A stretch of 31,847 bases of DNA from Gammaproteobacteria bacterium (GCA_003485715.1 DNIF01000151.1:4260-36106); one strand, 5' to 3'. Shown: positions 10,501 through 18,581, counted from the first letter of the stretch. A program made the numbers and translations. The notes: a model not told the origin generated them from the letters alone.

Positions 10501-10560
10501 CTCCTCGGGGGACTGCGGCTGCGTCAGGCTCTGGCGCACGGCTTCCGCAAGCGTGGTCAT
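1573..10560 (-). CDS. Giant internal virion/ejection protein (2995 aa), polyvalent type, with inserted ART-like and HhH-glycosylase-like cassettes and a zincin HExxH domain
   Basis: Third and largest gene of the internal-protein triad, between nozzle and fibre. Motifs RGSFNP...TYLHESGHFFLE...HERFAESFEAYL; AVHNL...GGLAMPSVAV...FGEVTL...YFEAK; GWY...GPKLGAFYANL...TMDRWW...IQAILW. Confidence 0.88.
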   Translation of the reverse strand: MTTLAEAVRQSLTQPQSPEEAVRINLATAQGTPDAEAELQRISRETGVPLGAARTQSDALRRRQESSQALEQMRNRPRTTEFMAAPDRAAIARDDVGNLGALEDHVTGEMRAIDPGLLGGTLDAARRGFAEAEQNLTLLLRDFGLTRARGADAEAAQAARMAEQERVSRRWPMSPDVAAGLQAIMDAPTYTGVMAAVARHPRAAWESTVQSLAATAPALIGQLLMAPLGLAGRAAGGFIGAFATEYGATLQDVLAEQGVNVANVSELRDALANPLVMGRARDHAVLRGIPIAAFDGLSAGLAGKLLAGATRDAVSIAPRVAGEFALQTGAGGAGELGAQVMVDEFAPGVGKYSPGAVIMEMLGELPTAAVDVPMSWIAARDHAERAATRGAQLQRFSELAAATRVRARDTSGFHAFVQGLTDDGTAVDGFYIDAQALMQAGLANELAAQLPAVAEQLPTAAATGGAVHIPLADYAAHLAGTPIDAALLRHARVEPDGMSVAESEVFLQQAQEELLREVSRAIQDEAQEAPFRESMESVQSQVEEMLVQAGLRPAVARAYATLTSHFYGTMAARLGKTPQEVFEQYPQLVRGAGLEDGDVMAQERALRMMAVHNLSAESLLFAGRMGGLAMPSVAVSTADLPLDTFGEVTLLAPRGMVDPRAGARVFDADVYSPRYPDVELEIPAEAAGRAEELLAEAMGAVDQRAIDWRQVSRDGPDALASQAPFLWWFLSQQGVEPDVQRVAPAELAPALQAFADSGVDVLELRNDPAFEQAAWDAYRQVMLLAYEGREDALDARIESLRARQPGTGAASPVVRQAAREVEDHRRGARTAGEVDAPATRQALRQQVEGLGLGAELASAAERFVADMAVGERIPVGTTATGRQRYVPHTLDNVVRLLRRQPVRAGEGPVRGVGALRSRVAHQFRSITEMRGARDRIVPAEQMAQVQEEAYSEFAAVARAIDPQISPNTAMAILEDAISLGAQQAALAYGHRISEETATLLTEFLLKLANLPTGYFEAKIPRAVGLEEFAGAVIPKDASPAVRELLERAGLPFVEYDGPGQRTQAVREFAAALAEERGDVLFQATALRRGTETLRRYGLDPKKKHSTRDVAAALQARQRAKHGSIEPDDHGKDALSRIAKWMTEEVAFEMQNPEDSGVGWYSVQYQAALDLMGGLYPELLTDRTARNLMTALIAITSDGQKVMPNFAQALDIYGRFREGGETAGRFTSSRGHIRQAIINNNLQVLQQLHDTMGAVEMHEYLMQERPIGELKEIAAQIGRTFNPAYQVHIKLPMAAVEFGPKLGAFYANLMGAHGYLTMDRWWSRSFNRYRGTLLTSATAKSLRSFATLIGQPEMSDDQVLSAVVEPREALDHRGFRTVAALLLGRSEPSKKGEAAEWMAEIDALREPGALRAALERLRAEQQAIVDAGLNPRLRGGSRTKARTDARKAARTLESLGKLPGDYTVDQLLHDHAVERAANTIYKDAFEKIEDVAFGARDRTFMLAATAQARRNLARRGHPLTIADIQAILWYYEKRLYGGLGARQTADISYREAADRVVERFQAGTAADLLEYDPDPDAADQDDLEGEVPLGEEPFEAGDQELAQGEGARGSFNPRTNTIRLLRNADLSTYLHESGHFFLENLMVIAAEIGNRGGAVTPGEQGIIDDVRRLHDWFGVQGMPTWLALSFEEKRAYHERFAESFEAYLFRGEAPSIELQGVFQSFRAWLLGVYQSLKNFLRINPQAGKLNDEVRGVMDRLLATDAQIEMARRARSMMPIFASPEAGQMTPEEFEELQRLGAAEVGAARDELQTRGLRDMQWLRNARARELSRLQTASRELRRQARAGARNEVLSQPVYRAWQFLTGALSDEYKAALAAEERPKPKPGAVDPTVDSLFVAIAKLGGLDRAEVEAEWDLDPTTRVPMPLFGLHVLRRVGGKSIDGMAESLAGYGYLGVGAADLAGGRREALRVFENAFDAQLRGTPQYSVTVDARVLLPDAEPGTVIAPEMVDTARLSIAAMRDMGVSHEAIDALRAKRMTGADGVHPELVANLFGFETGDELIAALVAAPPPRAAIEAATDAAMFEQHAELATPEAIERAADEAVHGEARARFVTAEANALARMAAGGRAEGAGGRRRSIVPDAARQFAAAMVARLRIRNLRPAQYAGTAARAGIEAERAFRAADVERAAAEKRTQAVHTYATREAYRALREVERGVAYMRRFAKPGARRRLPPEYVDQIEALLERHELKERSLRTLDRRASLREWLDSQEEVGLVPEIDPALADDARTVNYKEMTVEEFRGLVDAVRAIEHLGRLKKRLLTSRDKREFEAVRDLIADSIVANSMRTITPRTATTWVGQVMAGLRRFVTSHYKAAAIGRILDGGKDGGPFWEYITRTANAAGDQEVQMRADATVRASAILAPLFAGGAFGGGRMSFAGIARPLNRGERLAIALNTGNEGNMQRLLGGENWTRDAIQPVLESLTAAELRAVQQVWDLFESYRPLIAAKEKRVYGKEPEWVPAVPFEVTSSDGEVVSMRGGYYPIKYDPAASARAEELVDADEARAMMRGAYTSDTTRRSFTKSRVKVVMGRPLLLTFDGLFQGLNEVIHDLSWHEWLIDVNRLMRADKIQQAIRQHYGPEMATELKRWKTDIAAGEPTAHNEESATWLRRNVSIAGLGYNLLTAAIQVTGVSNSLVRVGSRWMGPAIAQYARAPVTVTRETHARSSFMALRSRTQFLELNELRGRIQGGSSGMRALQAGAFLLIVKVQQLVDMPTWNAAYARALSEGSDDARAVALADQAVIDTQGSGMLKDQAGIERGGPYMKLFTVFYSYMNAVFNLAATSLASKKSRMEKAMDGLLLFTIPIVMTHFLREVLMPDIGEDEEDWGMLARKLAADHISMLMGTMILVRDLGNLGATLVGAESPMRAYAGTAGERLLSDLYGVAHQAGQGEFDTAFRKKMVNVLGTGVGLPSAQINRTWNGIEAMVEEETVNPAAILFGVER

Positions 10561-12674
10561 CGCAGGCTGCGCCAGTAGGCGTCCAGCATCTGGGCGTCTG
10601 TCGGGCTGTCGATGCCCTGCGCCCGGAACTCGCGCACCAGACCCTCGCGAACCGCCGCCGGGATCTCGCCAGCATCAATCCCCATGGCCGGCTCCTGCCT
10701 CGGCCCCATCCATCCACTGATGGTCGTCTGACGGGAGAACATCTGGTCAATGTGCTGCTCGACCTCAGCATCCGTGAGCTTGCGCCCCAGCGTCGCCTGC
10801 GCGTCCAGAATTGATTGACGCACGAACTGGTTGATGGCGCCCACGCGGGCGCGTGCCCGCTTCTCCGTTGCGGGCGGGCTCGCGTTGATTCCAATCTGGG
10901 CCAGCCGGTCCTGCAGCACGTTGGCGACAGACGTGGCCGGGAATGCACCTGCACCCGTGTCTGCCGGGGGCTTCCCGCGCGCCGTGGCGAAGGACTCGAA
11001 GTCGCTCTGAGACAACTGCGAACGCAGGGCAAAAAACTCGTCGTCGGACAGGCCGCGCAAGTTCTTCTCGTTCGACAGGTACTGGAACAGCGCGAGGTTG
11101 GTCGTCACGTCCTCGCGCGTCGACAGCGTCTTTGCGAAACTCATCACGCTGTCGAGTTGCTCGATCGGGATTCGCGACCTGACCAGCGGCGGAAGCGCCT
11201 CCATGTCGCCGCCGCTCTTCACCAGCTCGCGCATGGCCTCGGCGACGGCGAAGTCTCGCTTCGACTTCACGTCATCTTCGAAGGCGCGGAAGCGCCGCTC
11301 GGCAGCCGTCATGGCCGCGCCGCGCTGCTCGTCGGTCGCGTCCGCCGGCAACCGCGCCAGCACCTCACGATGGACGTCAGCCAAAGTCGGCGCGCGGGGG
11401 GCGCCTCCGCCCGCGTTGAACTCCGCAAGGTTGCGCTGCACGTAGGTCTGCGTTTCTTGCGGCAGCAGCGAAAGCCAATGCACGCCCTCACGCTCGGCCC
11501 TCTTGCCTGCGACCATCACTGCGGCAGGCCCGGCGTTGTAGGCCGCCATGGCCTTCGCGGCGTCGCCACCGAATCGCTGCAGCATCGATTGCATGTAGGC
11601 CTGGCCCAGCGCCCGGTTGTAGTTCTCGTCGTTGCGCAGCCGCTCCTCGTCCCACTCCACGCCGGCAAGCTTGGCCGCTTCCGGGCCGGTCGATGGCATC
11701 ACTTGGGCGACGCCTACCGCGCCTTTTGGGGACGTCAGCGGCGCGCCATCCGGCCCGACCTGCCGCCCGCCGCTTTCCGCCTGCTCCATGACGCCCCACA
11801 GTCGGTCGAAGTCGCTCGGCACCATGCGCGGCGCCAGGTGCTCAACGGCACGGTCTGCAATGCCCGCCACCTGTTGCGCGCCCATGGCCGCACGCAGCAG
11901 CTTGTTGGCCGCCAGAACCTGCGCGCCGTTCATTTTGCTGCCGTGGGCGCCCAGGTATTGGGCGGCGGATGCCATGTCGCCGGCGGCGACCACGGCCTCG
12001 AATGCATCCGCGTGGGCGGCGGCCAGGGTCTTCTGGATGACGGACTCAGCCTCGGTGGCCGACTGCCCCCCAAGGCGTGCGAGCGCGAGCGCGTTCCCTC
12101 GTATGCGCTCCTCGGCTTCCGCAACACGGTCGGCGGCAGTCGGGTTGAGCGCCAGGTCGCGCACCGCCAAAGCCATGGCCCCGGTGTGCACGCTCTCTTG
12201 GTAGTGACGCGACTGCGTGGCCTCGTGGTTCAGCGCGCCCTGCCGGAACTGCTGGCGCAGTTGCATTGCGTGCTGCATGAACGTCTGCTTTTGCCAGTCG
12301 TTCGACAGGTTGCCGGCGAACTTTTTCACCCCCTGGTCGAAGCGCTCCGTGTACTCATCAGCCAAGGGCTTGCCGCTGGGGCGCGAGAACACGTCCCGCC
12401 CGACCGCGTTCTGATAGCCGGTGTCACGCCCGATGGTCAGCTCCACCCCGGCCTCGCGGAGATGATTCAACTCCTCCTCGACCCGCACGCGGTTCATGCG
12501 CTGACGGTCTTCAGCGGCGAAGTCCTGCGCCACGGCGGCCATGTTCTGGGTCGCCAGGCCAAGCCCGGTCAGTTGCGCGCCGACCACGTCCGGAGAGTCC
12601 GGCGCGCGAACGACAGGGGTGGGCGTCGCGGCCTCGGCGACGCGGAACTCCTGGGTCACTGGAACGCGCGGCAT
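10557..12674 (-). CDS. Internal virion protein with soluble lytic transglycosylase (SLT) domain
   Basis: SLT motifs QAESGG (catalytic Glu, ~11775-11777), GAVGVAQVMPST, AAYNAGP and ETQTYV; N-term MPRVP. ATGA overlap with the next gene. Confidence 0.9.
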   Translation of the reverse strand: MPRVPVTQEFRVAEAATPTPVVRAPDSPDVVGAQLTGLGLATQNMAAVAQDFAAEDRQRMNRVRVEEELNHLREAGVELTIGRDTGYQNAVGRDVFSRPSGKPLADEYTERFDQGVKKFAGNLSNDWQKQTFMQHAMQLRQQFRQGALNHEATQSRHYQESVHTGAMALAVRDLALNPTAADRVAEAEERIRGNALALARLGGQSATEAESVIQKTLAAAHADAFEAVVAAGDMASAAQYLGAHGSKMNGAQVLAANKLLRAAMGAQQVAGIADRAVEHLAPRMVPSDFDRLWGVMEQAESGGRQVGPDGAPLTSPKGAVGVAQVMPSTGPEAAKLAGVEWDEERLRNDENYNRALGQAYMQSMLQRFGGDAAKAMAAYNAGPAAVMVAGKRAEREGVHWLSLLPQETQTYVQRNLAEFNAGGGAPRAPTLADVHREVLARLPADATDEQRGAAMTAAERRFRAFEDDVKSKRDFAVAEAMRELVKSGGDMEALPPLVRSRIPIEQLDSVMSFAKTLSTREDVTTNLALFQYLSNEKNLRGLSDDEFFALRSQLSQSDFESFATARGKPPADTGAGAFPATSVANVLQDRLAQIGINASPPATEKRARARVGAINQFVRQSILDAQATLGRKLTDAEVEQHIDQMFSRQTTISGWMGPRQEPAMGIDAGEIPAAVREGLVREFRAQGIDSPTDAQMLDAYWRSLR

Positions 12675-12677
12675 GCG

Positions 12678-13301
12678 TCAGAATCCCAGCGCGTCAAGAA
12701 CCAACTGGTCGCTGGTTCCGGTGGTGCCCTCGAGCGCGCGCCACCGCCTGCCAACGCGGGCCGCCTCGGTCAGCAGCGTGGTCCCGGCGTGCATCAGCGG
12801 GCTGATGTTGCGGGCCGTGACACGGGCCATGGCGGCGTCGCCGCGATGGCCGACCTCTTGCACGCGGTGCCCCCAGGCCTCGCGCGCCGTGTTGGCGGCC
12901 ACCGTCGCCGCATCGACGTCGGTGGTCAGCCGGGTTGCGGCGAGCACGTCCATGACGGTGTCGCTGGCGAGGTCCATGCCGCTGGCGGCGAAGGCTGCGC
13001 GCTGGGTGGCTCCGGTCTGGGCGCCGCGCAGCCGAACGGCTTGCTCTGCGCGCTGCCCGGCGAACATGGTTGACCGCGCCGCCAGCTCGGCGATGCGTGC
13101 GTTGATGTCCCCGGCGCTAGCGCGGAAGCGCATGGCCATGCGCTCGTTGCTGGCGGTGATCCACGCGCCGGTGCCGGCACCCAATACGCCGGCGACACCG
13201 GCGAGGTTGGCGATCTGCGACATGCCCTCCGGGGTCTGGCCGGCCGGCGCAGGCGCCGCCACCAGCCCACCGCCGCCTCCGGCTTTCGAGAACACGCTCA
13301 T
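12678..13301 (-). CDS. Internal virion protein (T7 gp14-like small ejection protein)
   Basis: Ala/Gly-rich helical protein with QRAAFAASGMDLASDT, typical of this slot after the nozzle. Confidence 0.8.
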   Translation of the reverse strand: MSVFSKAGGGGGLVAAPAPAGQTPEGMSQIANLAGVAGVLGAGTGAWITASNERMAMRFRASAGDINARIAELAARSTMFAGQRAEQAVRLRGAQTGATQRAAFAASGMDLASDTVMDVLAATRLTTDVDAATVAANTAREAWGHRVQEVGHRGDAAMARVTARNISPLMHAGTTLLTEAARVGRRWRALEGTTGTSDQLVLDALGF

Positions 13302-13302
13302 G

Positions 13303-15336
13303 CTATCCCCCGACAGACATTTCTAGGGTGACGGACGCTACGGTGACAGGCAGAGGGTCAGCGTTCCTGACCCACAGTTGTCCGTCTTGCGACCACGCGC
13401 CGCCCAGCAGGATGTCCTCCACGCCAGTGTCCACGTCGGGCGCGTCGGCGCGGCGCTTGATAGGGCGCAGTCTGGACTCAGTTTGCCCGGCATGCACGAC
13501 GCCGGACCGATGCAGGCGCATCCACGCCTTGTTGATGTTGTAGGTCCTGCCCTGACCGGCGGACAGGTCGCGTGTGCGGATGATGGGCGGTAGCGTCTGG
13601 ATGTCGGCCGTGATGGGCAGGCCAACGACCGCCCTGGATGTCGGGTAGTCCAGCGTGATGCGCCCGCCGGACACGGTGCGGCGCGGGTGGACGTCACCGT
13701 TGGCCAGAATGCCCACCTCCATCCCCTCGAGATGGGACAGCCCGCTGAGTGACGTCACCGCCGGGCCTTGATAGGTCAATCCGCTGTCGACGCAGACGGG
13801 GTCGACGCCTTCGCGCAGCAGGCGGGTTGCGAAGCGCTCGATGTAGCGTCTTGGCACGCCCGATACCGTTCGTCGCACGACGGCATAGAGCACGTCCTCG
13901 GTGCCTTCAGAAACACAGGCAACCGACTCGAATGCGCCCGCGTGGGTGTCATGCGTGGCCCATGCGCCGACCCGCTCCTCAGGAACGTAGGTCAGGCTGC
14001 GCAGCTCTCCGTTGCTGGAGACGGCCCAGAGCACCGGCACGGGTGTGCGCTGGAATGCCATATCGGCGATGGTCAGCCCGTCGAACAGGTGCGGCGCGCG
14101 CAGGCACACGTTGCCGGTGACGTAGCCGGACGCCTGCCAGTTGAACGCCGCTTCGTGGATGTGGCCGCCACGCGCGGCAGCGAACAGGATGGTGTTGTTC
14201 ACCAGCGCAGGCGTCACCGTCGATGCGCCTTTGTAGGACTGTGCGCGCACGGAGATGCTGGTTGGCGTGACCGCGTCGGAGTTCACCGAGGTGACGCGCC
14301 ACTCGCCGCTGTTCGTCAGCAGGACCAGGTCGACCAGCGGGGCGATGTGCTGAATGGCAATCAGGTCGCGGCTTGCGATACGGAAGGCAATGCGGTCTGT
14401 GTCTTTCGGGACGATGCTCGCCGCGATCACGGACTCGGTGCCGGTCTGTGTCATCCACAGGTTGCCCGGTCGGTTCAAGGTGCCGGCAAACACGCGTCGC
14501 TGATCGAAGTAGCCGACGGACGAGGGGAAGTTGCCGGCATCGAGGAACGGCTGCTCGTACACCGGCGGCGTGAAGCCGATGTCGGGCGTGATGTTCGTGT
14601 CGGTGAATGACAGTCCGGCGGCGCTGCCAATCTGGCCGAACAGGCCGGCGCCCCCCGCCTGGCGATAGACGTTGTAGCGCGCCGCCCCGGCAACGGACGC
14701 CCACGTGACGGTATTGAATCGCCCGGCCACGAAGAGGTCATTGTTGGCCGTGGCCTGCGCTGACGCCTGTGACTCCACGCCATCAGCGGTGACGGCCGTC
14801 ACCACGTAGTGGTAGGCAATCGGTCCCGCCGTGTTCGGCGTGGCCACCACGCCCGTGGGGGGCAGCATGGACGGCGCGAAAGGGATGACGCGAAGCTCCC
14901 ACAGCAGAAGGCCGAGGCGCCGCAGCTCGCGCGGCGCGTGGTTCGGGTGCACCAGGGTGAGAACGTCCGCGCTCTGCACGTAGCGCAGGCCGAAAACCTC
15001 GCTTCCGGCGTACGGGGTGCCCACTTCGTAGGGCGTCGCGCCATCCAGCAGCGTGCCACCCTGCGTGTGGAATCGGACGTAGCGGTCCCCGAACTCCAGG
15101 GCGAAGGTCTGCTCGACGGAGAACACGAACGGGAGCAGGCGCGTGGGCTGCTCGGACGACCTGGCCTCGCGGACGAACAGGGTCCCCGCGCGGCTTTGCG
15201 CTGGGCCGTGCGGCAGCGGGACGAAGTTGCGGATGCGAGCGGCCCCGTTCTGCCGGCGCGGGTCTTCCACCTGCCCGAAGAACTCTGGCGTGACAACGCC
15301 CCCGTTGAAGCTTTGCGTGTGGAGCCTGGTATTCAC
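13303..15336 (-). CDS. Tail nozzle / tail tubular protein B
   Basis: QSFNGGVVTPE...N-term; RLLPFVFSVEQTFALEFGDRYVRF; YVQSADVLTLVHPNHAPRELRR; FPSSVGYFDQRRVFAG; C-term PLPVTVASV. Start reassigned to GTG 15336 (GTGA overlap with the upstream stop). Confidence 0.9.
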   Translation of the reverse strand: MNTRLHTQSFNGGVVTPEFFGQVEDPRRQNGAARIRNFVPLPHGPAQSRAGTLFVREARSSEQPTRLLPFVFSVEQTFALEFGDRYVRFHTQGGTLLDGATPYEVGTPYAGSEVFGLRYVQSADVLTLVHPNHAPRELRRLGLLLWELRVIPFAPSMLPPTGVVATPNTAGPIAYHYVVTAVTADGVESQASAQATANNDLFVAGRFNTVTWASVAGAARYNVYRQAGGAGLFGQIGSAAGLSFTDTNITPDIGFTPPVYEQPFLDAGNFPSSVGYFDQRRVFAGTLNRPGNLWMTQTGTESVIAASIVPKDTDRIAFRIASRDLIAIQHIAPLVDLVLLTNSGEWRVTSVNSDAVTPTSISVRAQSYKGASTVTPALVNNTILFAAARGGHIHEAAFNWQASGYVTGNVCLRAPHLFDGLTIADMAFQRTPVPVLWAVSSNGELRSLTYVPEERVGAWATHDTHAGAFESVACVSEGTEDVLYAVVRRTVSGVPRRYIERFATRLLREGVDPVCVDSGLTYQGPAVTSLSGLSHLEGMEVGILANGDVHPRRTVSGGRITLDYPTSRAVVGLPITADIQTLPPIIRTRDLSAGQGRTYNINKAWMRLHRSGVVHAGQTESRLRPIKRRADAPDVDTGVEDILLGGAWSQDGQLWVRNADPLPVTVASVTLEMSVGG

Positions 15337-15956
15337 CGGCCAGTAACCCACGGCGGGTCGCGGCGCCAGCGCACGGTGCCCTGGCCGACATCGCTCGAGA
15401 CCGCGCGCCCGATGTACAGCGCCAGCATTTGCTCGCAGCGCTTGGCCTCGTCCCTGCCGACGTCGCCCTTGTAGATGGGGCCGGCCAGCATGGCGGCGAG
15501 CTTCCAGGTCAGCGCCTGCACGAACAGCGGGGGGAATGCGATTGCGTCAGCCACGCGACTCACGTAGCGCAGGACCGCTTGGGCAGCATGCGCGTAGACG
15601 CGCGGCACCGCGCCCGTGCCCAGCTCGATGGAGTAGGCCTCGGCGTGGTCTTCCTGCGGCTGCGTTGCGCTCACCATGAAGCCCGGGGCGCGCAGTCGCA
15701 CGAGCCTCAGGCAATCGTCCGGCAGGGCATAGGCGTAGCTCCATGCCGGGTTGTCGCATGGCACGGGCGCGCCATCCACTGTGCGGATGGCGAAGGTCCA
15801 GTCGGCCGACTCGAGCACGACGTCGCGCGCGAGCGGATAGAAGCGCGCACACAGCTCGCCCTCAAACGAGAACTCGGGCGGGTCGATGCTGGAGACGTTG
15901 GCGTCCTGGCCGAGGTGGCCCAGTGCCAGATTGCAAATCTCGACGGCGGTCGTCAC
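15333..15956 (-). CDS. Tail adaptor / tail tubular protein A
   Basis: MTTAVEICNLALGHLG...CARFYPLARDVVLE...WTFA...WSYAYALPDDCLR...FPPLFVQALTWKLAAMLA; RBS GGGAGG. Confidence 0.9.
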   Translation of the reverse strand: MTTAVEICNLALGHLGQDANVSSIDPPEFSFEGELCARFYPLARDVVLESADWTFAIRTVDGAPVPCDNPAWSYAYALPDDCLRLVRLRAPGFMVSATQPQEDHAEAYSIELGTGAVPRVYAHAAQAVLRYVSRVADAIAFPPLFVQALTWKLAAMLAGPIYKGDVGRDEAKRCEQMLALYIGRAVSSDVGQGTVRWRRDPPWVTGR

Positions 15957-16004
15957 AGGGCCTCCCCGTCCGGGGGGCGAGCGCCCCGGGCAGCTACTTC
16001 AAGG

Positions 16005-16196
16005 TCAAGCCGCTGGAGCAGCCTCGCTCGCGGGCTTGGCGCGCGGCTTTCGGTCGCCCGCCGCCGGCTCCGGCGCTGCGGGCTCGGCGGCTTCCGCCCA
16101 GCCTGGCATGGGCTCGCTGTCAGGGATCTCGAACACGTTCCCAGGGCGGCGCAGCGCGCCGCCGTAGAACCCCATCTCAAGCGCGCGCGCCAGCAA
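16005..16196 (-). CDS. Small virion-associated protein after the cement gene
   Basis: RALEMGFYGGALRRPGNVFEI motif followed by a Pro/Ala-rich tail; starts (TTG) 1 nt after the cement stop. Confidence 0.6.
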   Translation of the reverse strand: MLARALEMGFYGGALRRPGNVFEIPDSEPMPGWAEAAEPAAPEPAAGDRKPRAKPASEAAPAA

Positions 16197-16197
16197 C

Positions 16198-16635
16198 TCA
16201 GTTCACCGCGTCAGGGAATGCGTGCCACGTCGGGGCATCCAGCACGATGGCCGCGTTGAACCTGCCCGCCGTCAGCGCGCCACCCACCAGCGTGTAGCGA
16301 ATGCCGACGAAGCGCTCGAAGTTCGTCATGGCCGGGAGTGGCGTCCGGATGACCACGAAGCCAGGCACCAGCAGCGTGCGGAGAATGTCTGCCGTCTGCA
16401 GGTGGACGGTCGGGCTCACGTTCAGCGCGATCACGCTGTCGGATTCCAGGCTGAACCGCACATGCGTTGCCGTGCCGACTGCGGCCTCGGTGCAGGTGAT
16501 GGCCAGCATGAGCTTGCCGGAGTCGTCCATGGACGTGAGCAAGGGGCCTGCGCCGAGATCCACCACGCGGGTGGAAATCCCCGTCGCCGTGACGGCTTGG
16601 GCGACTGAAAACTCTGCCCGTGAATCGATGATCAT
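16198..16635 (-). CDS. Capsid cement/decoration protein (Bbp16-like)
   Basis: MIIDSRAEFSVAQAVTATGISTRVVDLG...RFVGIRYT...TAGRFNAAIV; immediately after MCP as in BPP-1. Confidence 0.85.
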   Translation of the reverse strand: MIIDSRAEFSVAQAVTATGISTRVVDLGAGPLLTSMDDSGKLMLAITCTEAAVGTATHVRFSLESDSVIALNVSPTVHLQTADILRTLLVPGFVVIRTPLPAMTNFERFVGIRYTLVGGALTAGRFNAAIVLDAPTWHAFPDAVN

Positions 16636-16644
16636 GGCTCCCCC

Positions 16645-17655
16645 TTAGACGAGCGGTACGACAGCTTCGGTGGAAAGAATGGCGTCCGTGCGGTAAACCG
16701 GCACCTCACCAAAGGTGAGCACGCGCTTGCCGGCGACCATCTCCATGGACAGGGTCGAAGCCGCCACGCGGGCGACCGTCTGCTGCCTCAGGAACGACCG
16801 CACCAGGCGGTTGCAGTAAAACGCCGGCCGACCCATGCCAAGGTTCGGGACCATCTCCAGTGCCTGCGTCATCAGGTTGATGATGTCGGCGCCGGCCGCC
16901 GCGTTGTGCGTCAGCGTGCTGGTCCGGATGTTGGCCACACGGACGACGAAGCGCCAGTCGCGGACGGTCAGCCCGCAGTTCCACTTGTAGTGCGTCCGGT
17001 AGGCCTCCATGCGGCCGCCGTTGCCGTCGGTGTTCTCGACCGTCACCTGACCCTTGTCGTCGACTGACAGTCCAGCAGACGAGCCCTTCGGGTAGATGCC
17101 ATGGACGGTGTTGGAGCCCCAGACCACCAGCCACACGCTGGTGTTGTCAGTGCCAGCCGGGGACGGCATGGAGATGATGTTCTCGGCGTTGCCGGCGCCC
17201 ACGCGCGTGTTGAAGCGCGGAGCGAAGCCGGTGAAGGCTTCAGGCTGCGTGCCTTCGTTGCCGTAGAACAGCGTGCGGGCCATCTCCTGGTTCATGCCCT
17301 CAAGGAAGGCGCGGTCTTCGGAGAGCCGGAACTCGGCGGTGTTGCCGTTCAGGTCGGCCAGCGCCTTGTCCACCTCGGCATAGGCCTCGAGCATGCCGGT
17401 CGTGTCAGTCACCTGGGCGGTGGTTGAGCGCGCCGGCTGGACGCCGCCGTAGAGCTTCCTCCACGTTGGCGCCGGCAGGCCCGTTCGGATGGTGGTCCGG
17501 TGGCCCGTGGGCAAGTTGCCCTCTTCCCAGCTCATGGACAGCAGAACCTCGTTGGTCTGCTCCAGCAGCTCGGTGATCTTGGCAATGCTGCCGTCGGGGT
17601 CCAGCCGGGTTGCGACTTCCCGAAGGGTGGGGTGCGTGGTTGCCAGCGCGGTCAT
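16645..17655 (-). CDS. Major capsid protein (BPP-1 Bbp17 / epsilon15 gp7-like, HK97 fold)
   Basis: PTLREVATRLDPDGSIAKITELLEQTNEVL...EGNLPTGHRTTIRTGLP...YRTHYKWNCGLTVRDWRFVVRVANI; RBS AGGAG. Confidence 0.95.
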   Translation of the reverse strand: MTALATTHPTLREVATRLDPDGSIAKITELLEQTNEVLLSMSWEEGNLPTGHRTTIRTGLPAPTWRKLYGGVQPARSTTAQVTDTTGMLEAYAEVDKALADLNGNTAEFRLSEDRAFLEGMNQEMARTLFYGNEGTQPEAFTGFAPRFNTRVGAGNAENIISMPSPAGTDNTSVWLVVWGSNTVHGIYPKGSSAGLSVDDKGQVTVENTDGNGGRMEAYRTHYKWNCGLTVRDWRFVVRVANIRTSTLTHNAAAGADIINLMTQALEMVPNLGMGRPAFYCNRLVRSFLRQQTVARVAASTLSMEMVAGKRVLTFGEVPVYRTDAILSTEAVVPLV

Positions 17656-17671
17656 TCGCTTCTACTCCTGC

Positions 17672-18283
17672 TTACCGTGGTGCCATCGTGGGGTAAAGGA
17701 CTTGCGCGGCGGTTTTGGGCTGGGCCGCCGGCTTGCCCGTCAGCACCGCATCCTCGGAAATCGCGCGGCCCATGCGAACGAACAGGCCGACAACTTCCGG
17801 GTGGTTGCCGATGCCGGTCTCGTTCAGCATCTGCTTGAATGCTGGCGTGCCGAACTGGTCAAGCGCGCGCTTGGCCACGGCAAGGTTTTCTTCGAGCTTC
17901 GCCCCACCAAACTCGGCGCTGGCGCGCGTCTCTTCTGCCCACGTCTCGCGGGCCGCGTCGACCAGTGCTTGCTGGCGCGCATCCAAGGCGGGCGCGACTT
18001 TTTCGAGAAGCGCCTGCGCTGCTTCCTGCGACAGGCCGGCATCGCGGGCTGCGCTGGAGAAGGTCGACAGGACTTCCGGGTCGTATTCCTTGCCTTCCGG
18101 CGCCTTGAACTCGTAGGCCTCGGGCGCGTCGGCCTTGGGCTCTTCAGCCGGCTTGGCGTCTGCGTCGGCGACCGCGTCGGCCTTGGTCGCGTCTGCGGCA
18201 GGCGCAGGCGCAGGCGTCAGCAGCGTGTCAGTCGCTGTCGCTGGCTCGCTCGAGGATTGCGTTTCGGGTTCGTTCGCGCTCAT
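17672..18283 (-). CDS. Capsid scaffolding protein
   Basis: Acidic Ala/Pro-rich N-term, APEAYEFKAPEG, EFGGAKLEENLAVAKRALDQFG...GIGNHPEVVGLFVRMGRAISED; directly upstream of MCP. Confidence 0.85.
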   Translation of the reverse strand: MSANEPETQSSSEPATATDTLLTPAPAPAADATKADAVADADAKPAEEPKADAPEAYEFKAPEGKEYDPEVLSTFSSAARDAGLSQEAAQALLEKVAPALDARQQALVDAARETWAEETRASAEFGGAKLEENLAVAKRALDQFGTPAFKQMLNETGIGNHPEVVGLFVRMGRAISEDAVLTGKPAAQPKTAAQVLYPTMAPR

Positions 18284-18581
18284 TCGCCTCCTCCATCATC
18301 AAGGCCAGCGCCTTGGGGTAACGGCTCACCGCCTCGACAAGTCTCAAACCGTCTTCCCGCTGCCCGAGCACGAACGCCATGCGCACGGGCTCGGGGTCGA
18401 ACGCCGAGCGGAACACATGCGCCCGGGACAGCTTCCGCCACACCACCCGCCGGCCTTGGTCGCTGGCCAGCAGCCACAGCAGGTCGGCCTCTTCCTCAGC
18501 CGCGTCCTGGGCCGCGAACTCTGCCTGCAGTTTGCGGCGCGCCCTCGCGCTCGCGGTATCGGGCCAGGCGTCAGGCTCCAC
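18228..18581 (-). CDS. Bbp19-like small head-module protein
   Basis: DLLWLLASDQGRRVVWRKL...VFRSAF...MAFVLGQREDGL motif, conserved between portal and scaffold in this phage group. 3' end overlaps the scaffold start by 56 bp. Confidence 0.75.
   Translation of the reverse strand: MEPDAWPDTASARARRKLQAEFAAQDAAEEEADLLWLLASDQGRRVVWRKLSRAHVFRSAFDPEPVRMAFVLGQREDGLRLVEAVSRYPKALALMMEEANERERTRNAILERASDSD

Noticed and set aside
15970-15989. GC hairpin between the capsid and tail genes as a terminator
   Set aside because: Only a 5-bp core stem (GGGGC-GAGC-GCCCC) and no U-tract; at most a weak attenuator.
15953-16180. Alternative 75-aa ORF after the cement gene
   Set aside because: Overlaps the better 63-aa ORF with a conserved-looking GFYGG motif; composition is shadow-like.
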